Counted from the first letter of the whole stretch, positions 13,034 to 24,764 are shown. The stretch: 63,150 nt of DNA, filler included, from Octopus bimaculoides (GCF_001194135.2; 6 parts of 6 records of this genome joined end to end with filler, not necessarily neighbours in it); one strand, 5' to 3'. Numbers and translations are program-made. The notes: generated by a model not told the origin, from the letters alone.

Positions 13034-13078
13034 GGCCAGAGTTCTTTCGTCACACTTCTGTGACCTCATCAGTGGTCC
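13034..13078 (-). ncRNA. Minimal type I hammerhead ribozyme (Penelope-like element type)
   Basis: Minus strand reads GGACCA CUGAUGA G GUCACA gaag UGUGAC GAAA G aa CUC UGGCC. Helix II is a perfect 6 bp, helix I pairs 4 of 5, helix III is 2 bp, triplet CUC. It lies in a repeat fragment abutting (TA)n at 12921. Confidence 0.7.
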
Positions 13079-13530
13079 TTTGTTTCCTTCTTTCTTATAT
13101 GTGTCTCATCTTGCTAACTATCAGCCATTTTGTATTTTGTATTCCTATTGTATGTGTCTACGCATGCGTGTCCTTCAATGTGTCTGTGTCTTTTGTAAGT
13201 GCATGTGTGTATGGGGAGTGTCTGTATCACCTATATTCTCTGTTAATACGTGTTCGTTTGTATTTGTTTTTATTTATTTATTTGTTCATGTGTGTTTTTT
13301 TGTGTTTAATTAAATTTTGTTAACGTATGTAGTATTTAATTCCATTTGTTTATCTATGTATTGTATTATACTTTGTTCATATTATTATTGGTTTATGTAT
13401 ACGTCTGCTGTTAATTCTTACATACAAAATCCCCGTTAATTCTTATAGCTTCATTTTCTGTTAAAACAATTTTTAACGTCAACTTCTTAATGCCTCTTCT
13501 ATTTTTCCTAGCCCTCATACTTACCGAGAG

Positions 13531-14329
13531 CATCGATTAAAACTTTTTCTAATGCAATTCCCCTTTCTTCTGCCATTAACACAACCAGTTACTCACACAC
13601 CTAGAGTTTCTCATCCAAACTACATAATACGCAGAATTGTTGCATTAATACAGTAGGGTGTTTTGAGGGAGATTTGGTTGCTATTTCTACCAGGTCTACC
13701 TACCATGTAGAAGTCTGAACTTATTTTTCATTCACAGATTTGTATTTCAAACATTTAACATAATCTTTTCCATAAATCAACTATCGTAATAATTTTCTAA
13801 CATGACCTCACATCGTCTATGCATGTGTGTGTACCTTAAAATACGTGATTAGACAGAGGTCCAATAAAATAGTTCTCATATACAGATTATACACACGTCC
13901 AATACAATAGCTCTCACATACATTTTTATCTTCAACAAGTATGTATCTATTCTAAAATATAGATTGTTTTTCTATAAGCGTATATCAATTACTTATTCCA
14001 TACTTCTTCACTTAGCCTAGACCACTTAGACAGAGGTCCAATAGACTAGTTCTCAGAAACAGACTACCTACATATTCTTTCTTCACAATTCCTGAAGCTG
14101 TTTCCTGCGAAGATACTTTGGAAATACTTCCGCCCTCTCCCCACCCCATTTTCTCACAATTTCTGTATTAAAAAAATGTTTTGCCCAAAATCCCCGTGTT
14201 CGGATACGAATGACTTATTCCATCGATTAAAACTTTCTCTTATGCAATTCCCCTTACTCCTGCTATTAACACAACCAGTGGTTCACACACCTTACAGTTT
14301 CTCATTCAAATTACATAATACGCAGAATT
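13531..14329 (+). repeat. Direct repeat of about 108 bp (13531-13638 and 14221-14329) next to the Helitron remnant
   Basis: Both copies run CATCGATTAAAACTTT...ATGCAATTCCCCTT...TTAACACAACCAGT...ACATAATACGCAGAATT. Confidence 0.8.
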
Positions 14330-14502
14330 ATAAGGCACAGGGTCAATCATTGCAAGTAGCTGGTTTCAATCTCACAAAGCAAGTGTTCTCCCACGGTCAA
14401 CTTTACGTTACATGCTCCCGTGTTGGCAGGCCACAAAGTCTTTACATTTGTGCATCAGAAGGGAAAACGAGAAACGTTGACTACAAAGAAGCGCTTCACT
14501 GA
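14330..14502 (+). mobile_element. Helitron Pif1-like helicase C-terminal remnant
   Basis: KAQGQSLQVAGFNLTKQVFSHGQLYVTCSRVGRPQSLYICASEGKTRNVDYKEAL* matches the Helitron helicase end motifs INKxQGQS and FSHGQLYVAxSRV. Confidence 0.85.
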
Positions 14503-14792
14503 AAAGACGGCATTTCTTCACATCTTCCCAATCACCCCAGTCATTTGCCTCCTCAAAAGCTTCGTACTTGCCATGCCAGCCAACATAAGTCCATGACACA
14601 CAACTTCACTCACTCACGCTATCTCTCTCTCACGTACACACAGACGCGCGCGCACACTCACGCATACACACACACACACACACGTCCATTTCATATAGCT
14701 TTCAATTCCTGATCTCTGCAAATAAAAGTTTTACGGATACAACTACTTACAAAAATTCGGATTAATGTATAATTTCTTTCTATCTTCATAAT

Positions 14793-14892
14793 NNNNNNNN
14801 NNNNNNNNNNNNNNNNNNNNNNNNNNNNNNNNNNNNTTAATTAATTAANNNNNNNNNNNNNNNNNNNNNNNNNNNNNNNNNNNNNNNNNNNN
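14793..14892. other. Artificial 100-bp assembly join (44 N + TTAATTAATTAA + 44 N); also at 37386-37485, 42126-42225, 47652-47751 and 54497-54596
   Basis: An identical 12-mer that is a stop codon in all six frames, centred in fixed-size N runs, five times. Confidence 0.95.
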
Positions 14893-15600
14893 CTCAACAT
14901 TAAATATTCTTTATAGCTTCTTCACGATCTGCTGGGGTAGTTTCTTTCCATACATATTTATTATGTACCATGCAGTTAAAGAGAAGTAATTACTAAAATT
15001 AGCCATTACTCATTTTGGCCCAATTTAGACTCTTTTCTTTTAACTTGAAGATTATGAAATTAGATAGTTTTTGGGGGGGAAATTATGTAGAATCAAACAG
15101 AAAAAAGAATATTGTGGGTTAAACACCAAAAATTATCCAGATATTTTATTAGTAACCTCAATTACAATCAGGTCAAATTTTTTTTTTAATTTCTTGAAAA
15201 GAAAGTATCTGACACCTTTGTTTCAAACTCTCAACTTCAACAACGACGTAAACTGTACTGACCAAATTTTGCTCCCAAAGATGATGCAATAATTGCAGTG
15301 TAATGGTTTCAAACATAGGGAGAAAATAATAAGAAAACAGAAGTTATTCATTTTGACTCAGTTACCAATTTTGCCCCACTTCCATATAGTAATTTCAAGC
15401 GTTTGACAGAATGACGAAAAATATAGGGAAAAATACGAAAGAAAAAAGATTTGATTTAATGAAAAGCATTTGAATATATATACAATAATTCTAAAACCGA
15501 TAAAGAATGCTTTTAGCTGTTAAGAGATGTAATTTTATAATTAAAACTAAATTCAAAATTTAGATTTTGTAACATTTCTTTACTTGTTTCATAAAATAAG

Positions 15601-15957
15601 GTGGAGGCGCAATGGCCCAGTGGTTAGGGCAGCGGACTCGCGGTCATAGGATCGCGGTTTCGATTCCCAGATCGGGCGTTGTGAGTGTTTATTGAGCGAA
15701 AACACCTGAGGCTCCGACAGGGGATGGTGACGAACCCTGCTGTACTCTTTCACCACAACTTTCTCTTACTTCCTGTTTCTGTTGTGCCTGTAATTCAAGG
15801 GTTCAGCCTTGTCACGCTGAGTATCCCCGAGAACTACGTTAAGGGTACACGTGTCTGTGGAGTGCTCAGCCACTTGCACGTTAATTTCACGAGCAGGCTG
15901 TTCCGTTGATCGGATCAACTGGAACCCTCGACGTCGTAAGCGACGGAGTGCCAACAA
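15601..15957 (+). mobile_element. Full-length tRNA-derived SINE
   Basis: A-box TGGCCCAGTGG and B-box GGTTTCGATTCC, short (CAA)n tail, and an 11-bp target-site duplication CATAAAATAAG (15590-15600 and 15958-15968). Confidence 0.85.
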
Positions 15958-16206
15958 CATAAAATAAGACCAGTTTTCAATGACTCACTGAAATAAGTTT
16001 AGAAGTAAGAAACGTGTGTGTGTGTGTGTGCCTGTGTGCGTGTGCGTGCGTACATGTGTAGCTTTAACTGTGATCAGTCAAGCCAAGATCATTGCTCAGT
16101 GATGCATTGAAAGAAGAAATCTGAGCGAGAGACAATATCTTTTTCTCTCTCAGTCCCTTTATATCTTTATATACATTCATATTTACACACACACACACAT
16201 ACATAC

Positions 16207-16705
16207 TGGACACTAAACTCCGCTTGCGAAGTCCTGTTGAGGCAAGTGAAATCGAAATCAACTAAATTCGACGACTGGCACCCATGCCAACGTCGTCTCC
16301 TTCATTGGACACGAAACTCGTCTTGCGAAGACCTGTTGGGGCAAACGAAAGCGAAATCGTGATGGCATCTGTGCCCAGCGTCGCCTTCCTGGCACTTGTG
16401 CCGGTGGCACGTGTAAAGACATTCGAGCGAGATCGTTGCCAGTGCAACGATCGTTGCCTACACTGGACTGGCTCCTGTGTAGGTGGCACATAAAATACAC
16501 CATTTTGAGCGTGGCCTTTGCCAGTACCGCCTGACTGCCGGTGGAACGTAAAAGCAACCACTACACTCTCGGAGTGGTTGGCGTTAGGAAGGGCATCCAG
16601 CTGTAGAAACTCTGCCAAATCAGATTGGAGCCTGGTGTAGCCATCTCGTTCACCAGTCCTCAGTCAAATCGTCCAACCCATGCTAGGATGGAAAGCGGAC
16701 GTGTT
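16207..16705 (+). mobile_element. SINE-like retroposon with internal sub-repeats and an RTE-type 3' tail
   Basis: Three GGTGGCAC-x-TAAAA sub-repeats and a tail TTGGCGTTAGGAAGGGCATCCAGCTGTAGAAA...GGAAAGCGGACGT typical of RTE-mobilised SINEs. Confidence 0.6.
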
Positions 16706-18093
16706 TGTGCGTGTGTGTGTGTGTGTGTGTGTGTGATGAATTTGATCAAGGAAAGCGTAAATTTCTCTTGCTAACTTTGTTTAATCATGTCTTATAAAGG
16801 TTTTATTCTCGAATAAATTCTTGCTCTTTCCATATAAGTCAATTATCAGCGATCACTTTTCAGCTAATAAAGATGTTTTGGTCATTTCATGTTCCCCATT
16901 GCACATATTTTTGAGCATCAAGCATGTGTCACACTGTCGACGCAGACGCCAGCTTACTTTCCAGCAGTTGTTCTGAAATGCATCCATTATCCAAATCATT
17001 GATGTTGTCTCAGGGACATGAACTGTGACAGAAGTAACACGACATACTCAACAAAGGTGGAGAGTATTTCTTTGTTGTTGGGTGAGCAAAATGACAAAGT
17101 GATGCGATGTTTAACGAGTGCAAGGATATGACCCACGCAAGAATCGAACAAACCAGACGTTTTGCATACTTTTGCCAGCCAAGTTTCATTCACAAAGCGT
17201 TAAGACGAAGCTGTGATAGAACACATTTACGCCACCTGTAACATTTGGAGATGAAACTAAGATCAACAGATTTGCAAACCTCACTTCTTAGCTACTAATC
17301 TTTCGCAATAGAGATAAGCATTAAAAACAATATAAGTTGCCGGTGTTGTGGTTGTTGTGTAACGTTCTCTTTTCAATTCTTGTATGAATCAGACGGAATT
17401 TGTTGACCCTTACCTATTTCCACGCAAGCTATTATATCTTCGTGACTGGACATTTTATGATGTCAACGCAAGGGTACACATACACATGCACAAGGGTACA
17501 CACACACACACATACACATATGCAGATGTTCGTGTGTATTTGTAATTGTATATACAGTGAGCCCCTTTCAATTTCCGTCTGTCAGATCTATTCACAAGGT
17601 TCTGATGATCCAGAGCTGTAGCAAAGCACTCTTGGGCATGGTACCATTATGAAACTCATTTCGACACATATATTCTCTGATAATTCTTCAGTATAGACCA
17701 TAGAAACATTGAAGTCACTAATATTCCTGGCAACTACAGGAGATATGCTGAGACATGTTACTGCCTTATTTTAGCATTCTCAACAAAATGTAGCCTCACT
17801 ATTGTAACAATCGATCGCTAAACACATACAGTAGAACTTTTGAGAATGCTGTTTGGGTTACCAGGACTCAAAAGAATATAGACAATTTCAGATATGAAGC
17901 TAGGTGTTGGCAAGGAAAATATCTAAGTACTTAAAAAGTATGAAAATTTGTGAATGGCTGCAGTATTTTCTGGCTCTGAATGATCATGTTTTGTACTACT
18001 TTATAGTGGAAGCGCAATAATAATAACAATGATATTAATAATAACATCGAAAAATACCTTAGGAATGAGAACCCAGATTCGAAATATCCCCAA

Positions 18094-18139
18094 GACACCT
18101 GATGAAGGCTGGAGGGTATATCAGCCGAAACGTTGAGTT
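18094..18139 (+). ncRNA. Minimal type I hammerhead ribozyme (Penelope-like element type)
   Basis: GACAC CUGAUGA A GGCUG gaggguauau CAGCC GAAAC GUU GAGUU. Helix II is 5 bp, helix III is the loopless palindrome ACGU, triplet GUU, and helix I has one mismatch. Confidence 0.65.
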
Positions 18140-18506
18140 AACAACAAACAAGACGAGGACAAATATCTGTCAAATGTAAATGTCCAGTTTAGCATGTTTT
18201 CTGAAAGTACGATGGACATTAGGCACATCATGCTCTCAATGTATTTTTTATAGCCTGGCAAAAAGAATTCTATCGTAACCCTATGTGCTTCAACTATTAA
18301 GGAAACCTCGAAGAGAAACTTATAAAAATATGTAAAGGTCCAGTTTTTATGATAATGCAATGGTGATGCTATTAATTAATCTTTTTTTTTTTATAAGAAG
18401 CAAATTTTCACTGGAAAAATTATACTCATCAACCAGCATATTAATTAAATTTATGAGGAATGTACATTTTGAAACGTCATTCATGAAATCCACCTTTTTT
18501 TTACAG

Positions 18507-18748
18507 ATGACACAAAAACTAACGAGCCGGGGGCAGCTCCACCAGGATACATTGAAAGCACTGGGCATCCACCCCAATCTGGATATCAACCCCAACCTGG
18601 ATATCAACCCCAACCTGGATATCCATCCCAGCCTGGATATCCATCCCAACCTGGATATCCATACCAACTTGGATATCCCCCACCAGGTGCTTACCCTTCA
18701 ACTTATCCAGTCCAACAACAACCACAACAGCAGCAACAAGCTGTTATT
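18507..18748 (+). CDS. CD225/dispanin-family (PRRT/IFITM-like) gene, internal coding exon encoding the Pro/Gln/Gly/Tyr-rich N-terminal region
   Basis: Acceptor ttttttttacag| and donor ATT|gtaagt. 242 nt, phase 1 to phase 0: xDTKTNEPGAAPPGYIESTGHPPQSGYQPQPGYQPQPGYPSQPGYPSQPGYPYQLGYPPPGAYPSTYPVQQQPQQQQQAVI. Contains about six 18-nt (GYxxQP) repeats and joins in frame to the next two exons. Confidence 0.9.
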
Positions 18749-19243
18749 GTAAGTAAATATTTTTCTTTTCATTTCAATTTTTAGTGTTCTACACCAATAT
18801 GTCCTAAACTGAGATCTTATGTTTAGCTGATTTCTTATACTGTCTATGCACACTTTAATGGTATCACATTCCTTTATGGTATCACAGGGAGCCTGGGTGT
18901 GTATATNNNNNNNNNNNNNNNNNNNNNNNNNNNNNNNNNNNNNNNNNNNNNNNNNNNNNNNNNNNNNNNNNNNNNNNNNNNNNNNNNNNNNNNNNNNNNN
19001 NNNNNNNNNNNNNNNNNNNNNNNNNNNNNNNNNNNNNNNNNNNNNNNNNNNNNNNNNNNNNNNNNNNNNNNNNNNNNNNNNNNNNATTTAGAGAAGAACC
19101 ACCGATATACAATTCACACAATGAAGGAGACCAATCACCATCCAGAAAAACATACTCTACAAAATACCAATTTTAAAATCTATAAAATACTAGACTAAAA
19201 ATTTAATTCAACTTAGTAAATTGATAAAATAGAAGGTAAAGTA

Positions 19244-19353
19244 TTGACTACGCGCGTTTCGTGGTCACATTATAGCAGATAAAACCAGTACAATTCACAA
19301 TATATTGATAACGATTATATTCTACTTCAAATACGGTCACTCTTCAGGTTCTA
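19244..19353 (-). ncRNA. Degenerate hammerhead-like motif with a long insert in helix II
   Basis: Minus strand reads agaac CUGAAGA GUG...(about 75 nt)...CAC GAAAC GCGC GUA guc. Helix III is the perfect palindrome ACGCGCGU with triplet GUA. Helix I is only 2-3 bp. Confidence 0.45.
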
Positions 19354-20860
19354 GAAAAATAAGATTCAAAAGACGTATCTTACTAAATAATAAAAAATAT
19401 CAGTACTTATAGGAAAACTCACGTTAGTACAATAAATTAAATGTAAATGCTTAACACTAATCATTCCAGTTAAAGGTATGATTCATCTAAAATAAAATAA
19501 TATCTATGGACTAATGGTAAATATTTTTATGAACAGAAATACATATAAAAAGATAGTGTTATTAAATAAATAAATTCGAACGTTAAACAATATTAGTAAA
19601 ATGAACAGCATCACTTATCTTATCAGCGATCCCTTGTGAACTCTGATTTTAACCCTAATGCGTAATAAAAGAGGTAACTCAAGTCCGTAAATAATGCAAC
19701 ATTTTAAGGAATAAATATATTTCGTTAAACTTATTATTTGTCACTAAATAGCTTAGTTAATATATATATATATANNNNNNNNNNNNNNNNNNNNNNNNNN
19801 NNNNNNNNNNNNNNNNNNNNNNNNNNNNNNNNNNNNNNNNNNNNNNNNNNNNNNNNNNNNNNNNNNNNNNNNNNNNNNNNNNNNNNNNNNNNNNNNNNNN
19901 NNNNNNNNNNNNNNNNNNNNNNNNNNNNNNNNNNNNNNNNNNNNNNNNNNNNNNNNNNNNNNNNNNNNNNNNNNNNNNNNNNNNNNNNNNNNNNNNNNNN
20001 NNNNNNNNNNNNNNNNNNNNNNNNNNNNNNNNNNNNNNNNNNNNNNNNNNNNNNNNNNNNNNNNNNNNNNNNNNNNNNNNNNNNNNNNNNNNNNNNNNNN
20101 NNNNNNNNNNNNNNNNNNNNNNNNNNNNNNNNNNNNNNNNNNNNNNNNNNNNNNNNNNNNNNNNNNNNNNNNNNNNNNNNNNNNNNNNNNNNNNNNNNNN
20201 NNNNNNNNNNNNNNNNNNNNNNNNNNNNNNNNNNNNNNNNNNNNNNNNNNNNNNNNNNNNNNNNNNNNNNNNNNNNNNNNNNNNNNNNNNNNNNNNNNNN
20301 NNNNNNNNNNNNNNNNNNNNNNNNNNNNNNNNNNNNNNNNNNNNNNNNNNNNNNNNNNNNNNNNNNNNNNNNNNNNNNNNNNNNNNNNNNNNNNNNNNNN
20401 NNNNNNNNNNNNNNNNNNNNNNNNNNNNNNNNNNNNNNNNNNNNNNNNNNNNNNNNNNNNNNNNNNNNNNNNNNNNNNNNNNNNNNNNNNNNNNNNNNNN
20501 NNNNNNNNNNNNNNNNNNNNNNNNNNNNNNNNNNNNNNNNNNNNNNNNNNNNNNNNNNNNNNNNNNNNNNNNNNNNNNNNNNNNNNNNNNNNNNNNNNNN
20601 NNNNNNNNNNNNNNNNNNNNNNNNNNNNNNNNNNNNATATATAAGGTTGGGAAGGGTATTGGATTTAACCAAACCCCGGAGGATACAGGTAATACCGAGT
20701 AAGTGCTGTATACCGATTAGTTTGCCCCAATCGTTGTATGAATAGGATTGGGTATTATAAGTCGTGTATTAGCGTGTGTATATGTAAATAATATACATAT
20801 ATATATATATATATACTTGGTTGATGAGAGACGGAAGATGGAAGATACGAGAATTTTTAT

Positions 20861-20970
20861 TAATCTCTACAATTCTTTCGACCCATCTAGCATTGATCCT
20901 TCGCGAGTGGAATACTTAACAACTGGTTGAAGAGCATCCGACGGTGTCGATGTGTCTCTTCTGGCGATAA
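20861..20970 (-). ncRNA. Decayed hammerhead-like motif downstream of a Penelope-like GIY-YIG ORF
   Basis: Minus strand reads uaucgc CAGAAGA GACACAUC...GAUGGGUC GAAAG AAUU GUA gagauu. Helix II pairs 7 of 8. Two core substitutions (CUGA to CAGA, GAAAC to GAAAG) predict an inactive motif. Confidence 0.4.
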
Positions 20971-21379
20971 ATAGATATAATTCGTTAAAATAACATTTTC
21001 GCAACGTGTCTTCTCAGTTCGTATAAAGCAAAGCAGCAAATTAAAGGATATAGCTTCATTTATATAGAAGATCAATAGTAAAAAAAAAAATAACAGATGC
21101 AAAAATGAAACGAACACGCAATACAGCGAAAAAAGTATTAAATATAACCGTTAACAGATATGGATGTATAAATGCCCTCGCGTAGGTTGTACGACACATG
21201 CACACTTGCTCATACAAGTATCCACGAAGATGTAAGCATATGCACACGTGTAGCTTGGCGCACATACATTTACATAGCGAATTAAATAGCTACTTTACAA
21301 GAATGGGGAAGTTAGAGCTAAAGTTAATTCATTCATACCTTAAGGTGAATTATGATTAGTAGTAATTAGGTTAACGGTT

Positions 21380-21760
21380 ACTCAAATTCTTTCCACTGTA
21401 TTGTAAGCATCTTGAGAGTCTTTCAGAAATTCTAAAAATGATCTTATTAGTCCACAGAATAGACAGGGATTTCCTCCGAGTAGTATCGGCACATCCTGGA
21501 AATGATAATATATGGGGGTTTTTTTGCATGCCTTACTATGGATCCAAGTTATACTTAATTTTATCTTCTTGAAGTTGCCACACAAAATCAGACGAAGATG
21601 TTGAATGTCTTTTATTGATTTTCTTAAAACTGGCGACATGGTTGCGATAACGATTTTTGAATGAATCCGCCGTTGCTCTAATGTAAATATACGGCCCTCC
21701 CCTTGTGTATACGGTACATTTATATACAAGATTTGTACTCATGCAGAGGCTCATCAATGG
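21380..21760 (-). mobile_element. Penelope-like element GIY-YIG endonuclease remnant
   Basis: STNLVYKCTV...YIRATADSFKNRYRNHVASFK...STSSSDFVWQLQEDKIKYNL (decayed VY...YIG), followed by a C-x2-C..EE segment. Same strand as the hammerhead-like motif at 20861-20970. Confidence 0.8.
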
Positions 21761-21989
21761 GCATCTTGATTTTTCTCAGCATGAGCATTTATTATAGTTA
21801 TTTGTATATATGGCAGTTCTGACTTCATTTTCTGACGGATATATGAAAGTTCTTAGAGGATAACTTAATGAGGGCGACAGGCCAAATCTATGTCTGGAAC
21901 AAAATTTCTGCCACACCTATGTGACATGGTAGTGGAACAATGAGAGCATAAATAACAGAAGAGACCGGCTTAGAAATAGTGTAAAAGTG

Positions 21990-23257
21990 GAGGTAACAAA
22001 GAACCATATCAGGTAGCTAGAAAGAACGCTACGCAGTAGGTTTGTCTAACATAAGCAGAAGCACAAAGGAAGAGATTTGCTAATGTCTTCTAACTTGAGG
22101 GTCAAAGACTAGAGATGCTTCGAATCACTAGACATTGTATCATTAAGAATCGAGATGTTATGAACGAGAAGTCTGTATAGATAGATAATCGTATGGTAGC
22201 ACTTAGTGATTCTGAGAAGGAAATGTCGTGGAAGTGCCACTTTGAAAGATTGCTAAATGAAGAGCATGATAGGAATCTTCTTAGTATAGACCCAACTGAG
22301 GGACCAGAGCTGACAGCAGTATAATAGGTAAAGCAATTAAGAATATGAAAACATGAAAGACCTCTGGTCCATCGGGAATTACCACTGAGATGCTTAACAT
22401 ATTTACCATAGTAAGATGCTGTCTAGTTAATCACGTTATTCAATAAGTTGTCATCCCCAATGACTGGCGTAAGAGTATTACAGTCACTTGTTACAAGGGC
22501 AGGGAGATGCCTTAGATAGAAGTATCAAATTACTAGACTAGACCATGATAATTACAGAAGGAGTTGTAACTCAATTAATTAATTAGAGAGAATTAGAAAA
22601 GATGAGATGCAGTTTGCTACCTTCTTAGACAAATGCAGAAATTATATTTTGTTGGGAGTAAACCATTATACTTAGCGTTTGCTGACTTGGATAAAGCCTT
22701 CGACAGAGTCCTTCACTCTGTGATATGGTGTCTTTGAAGAAGTTTGGGATAGATGAATGGCGTGTGAAAACTGTACGAGCCATGTACAGGGGTATTAGCA
22801 TGGATGTGAGAGATAACCATAAGTTCAGGAGCGAATTTAATTGTCAGGTAAGTGTTTATCAATGCTCCGTTCTCAGTCACTTCAAGTTCATAATTGTCCT
22901 CCAGACCATAATAGAAGACCGGCTGTCCCCAAGAACTTCAATATGCTGATGGTCTCGTTCTCATAGAGGAATTTGTAACAAAAGCTGGAATCGTAGAGTC
23001 TTAAAGTTAACTTAGCAAACATCAATGCTCTAGTAAGCAAGAAAACAAATGCAATCCTACCTCCCCCATTCAGGTAAATGGCTTTCCCGATATATTGAAA
23101 AGATGAAGTTAGCAGTGTAGGATGATGTTTTGAAAGTATAGTCGCGAGAATAAGTGTAGGATAGGGAAAGTTCAGAGAGCCAATACATCAGTCGGCATTA
23201 AAAGTCTATCTCTCTCTCTTTCTCTCTCACTCTCTTTCTTTCTCTCTCTCGCTTTCT

Positions 23258-23338
<81 letters not shown>

Positions 23339-23780
23339 ACACTCTCTCACCGAGTGAAAGGCAAATTGTATGATGCTTGAAAATGTACTGCGGTGTTACA
23401 TGACAGTGAGGCATGGGTCCTGAACGTAGAGAACATGCGAAGACTAGAGAAGAACGAAACTAGTATGCTCTGCTTCAAGTGCAATATTAATGTGCACATA
23501 AGACAAAGTGCAAATGTAGCAAAATAAAAGTTTGGCATAAGAGAAATCAGATGTAACGTGCAAGAGAGAAGATTGCTTTGGTTTGGTCATGTGATGCGAA
23601 TTGATGAGGGCTGTTGCATAGAGGTCGCTCAAAGTGAATGGAACTCGTAGAAGAGGGAAATGCAGGAAGACATCAGACGAAATATTAAAGGGTGATTTCA
23701 AGATAATGAGCCTTATGGAAGAGATGGCAAAATGTCGAGATGTTTGGTGTCTTGCTGTGCTGGAGAAGGAAAGGCACCCA
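21990..23780 (+). mobile_element. RTE-clade LINE reverse transcriptase remnant, split by a (CT)n tract
   Basis: Decayed motifs KTSGPSGITTEML, YLAFADLDKAFDRV, SIC*WSRS (YADDL region), LLWFGHVMR and NGTRRRGKCRKT. Confidence 0.8.
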
Positions 23781-23784
23781 GCAG

Positions 23785-24092
23785 TAAAGGGTTATTTAAG
23801 GATGTTGAACGAAACGCCCATGTTTTCAGAGGTGAATTATCCAAACCCCAAATAATTCCACTCAACACATGGCTATGATGCTCTCCCACTACTTCTGCTC
23901 GTGATCAGAGATGTTCATATCGTCAGCCACCAAGGGACATGCTCAACTGTTTAAGGTCAAACAACTGACAAGCAAAACTGTGGTATTAAGTAGAATAGTT
24001 GCTGTAGCCCATCTTTTATACCAAGACAAAACAATGTACATGATAACACTTCCAATCAGTTAAGATCAGAAGCTATGAGAGCCACTGCCTAG
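23785..24092 (-). mobile_element. (AAT)n-tailed retroposon family, partial copy
   Basis: Matches 29375-29670. Confidence 0.7.
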
Positions 24093-24103
24093 TTCTTCTT
24101 CTT

Positions 24104-24216
<113 letters not shown>

Positions 24217-24219
24217 AAC

Positions 24220-24495
24220 GGGTGACCTAATGGTTAGGGTACTGCATTCACGGTCGCAAGATAGTGTTTTTGTTTTTTTTTTTCAGTTCGTAGACCGAGT
24301 AGTGTGTTATGTTCTCGAGCAAAAACACGTCATCTCACGTTGCTCTGCAATCACATGCGGCACGTGACACGTGGCACACCAGGAACCTGTTGAGTTGAGG
24401 CAATGTCGATTTGGTAGAGGGTGGGAGCTAATGCATAGCATATGTATTTGTAACTACAAGCAAATCATTTGTGCTGGACGTTCTGCAAAAAATCT
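24220..24495 (+). mobile_element. Diverged tRNA-headed SINE
   Basis: GGGTGACCTAATGGTTAGGG head and a CORE-like TCTCGAGCAAAAACAC..ATCTCACGTTGCTC segment. Confidence 0.45.
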
Positions 24496-24643
24496 AAAGA
24501 CTCATACGTCGACTTCCATCATCGTCGTCGTCATTGTCAACGTTGTCTTTATCATATCTTCCAAAATTATCTTCATCATTATCGTCATCACCGACATCAT
24601 CATCGTTAGATGATTTCATTGCATTTATTACTTTTTTTTTCAG

Positions 24644-24754
24644 ATTAACAGCCAGCCACAGCAATACTATGAAGATAAGATGCTTGCGGCAATTCTCGTC
24701 ACCCTTTTCTGCTTTTGCCCAACAGGCATTGCTGCTATTATATACGCCGATAAA
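24644..24754 (+). CDS. CD225/dispanin-family gene, exon encoding the first hydrophobic segment of the CD225 domain
   Basis: Acceptor tttttttttcag| and donor AAA|gtaagt. 111 nt, phase 0-0: INSQPQQYYEDKMLAAILVTLFCFCPTGIAAIIYADK, matching the CD225 pattern D-x-L...TLFCxCPxGIxAIIY. Confidence 0.92.
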
Positions 24755-24764
24755 GTAAGTAGAA

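Noticed and set aside
15601-15680. tRNA gene
   Set aside because: It is the tRNA-like head of a SINE with TSDs, and no complete cloverleaf is present.
16430-16455. 9-bp perfect inverted repeat GATCGTTGC/GCAACGATC in a SINE
   Set aside because: Short, and likely a local slippage or inversion in a repeat copy.
17017-17081. Alternative dispanin first exon (MNCDRSNTTYSTKVESISLLL plus G|gtgagc, phase 1)
   Set aside because: Phase fits, but it lies in an unclassified, probably repeat-derived stretch with no promoter evidence. A similar weak candidate exists at about 17894 (ATGAAGCTAG|gtgttg). Neither can be supported without transcripts.
18360-18752. 130-aa ORF with NLDIHP repeats taken as the gene product
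   Set aside because: Its 5' half is intronic. The frame that splices into a clear CD225 domain is a different one; the AUG frame is kept only as an alternative-ORF hypothesis.
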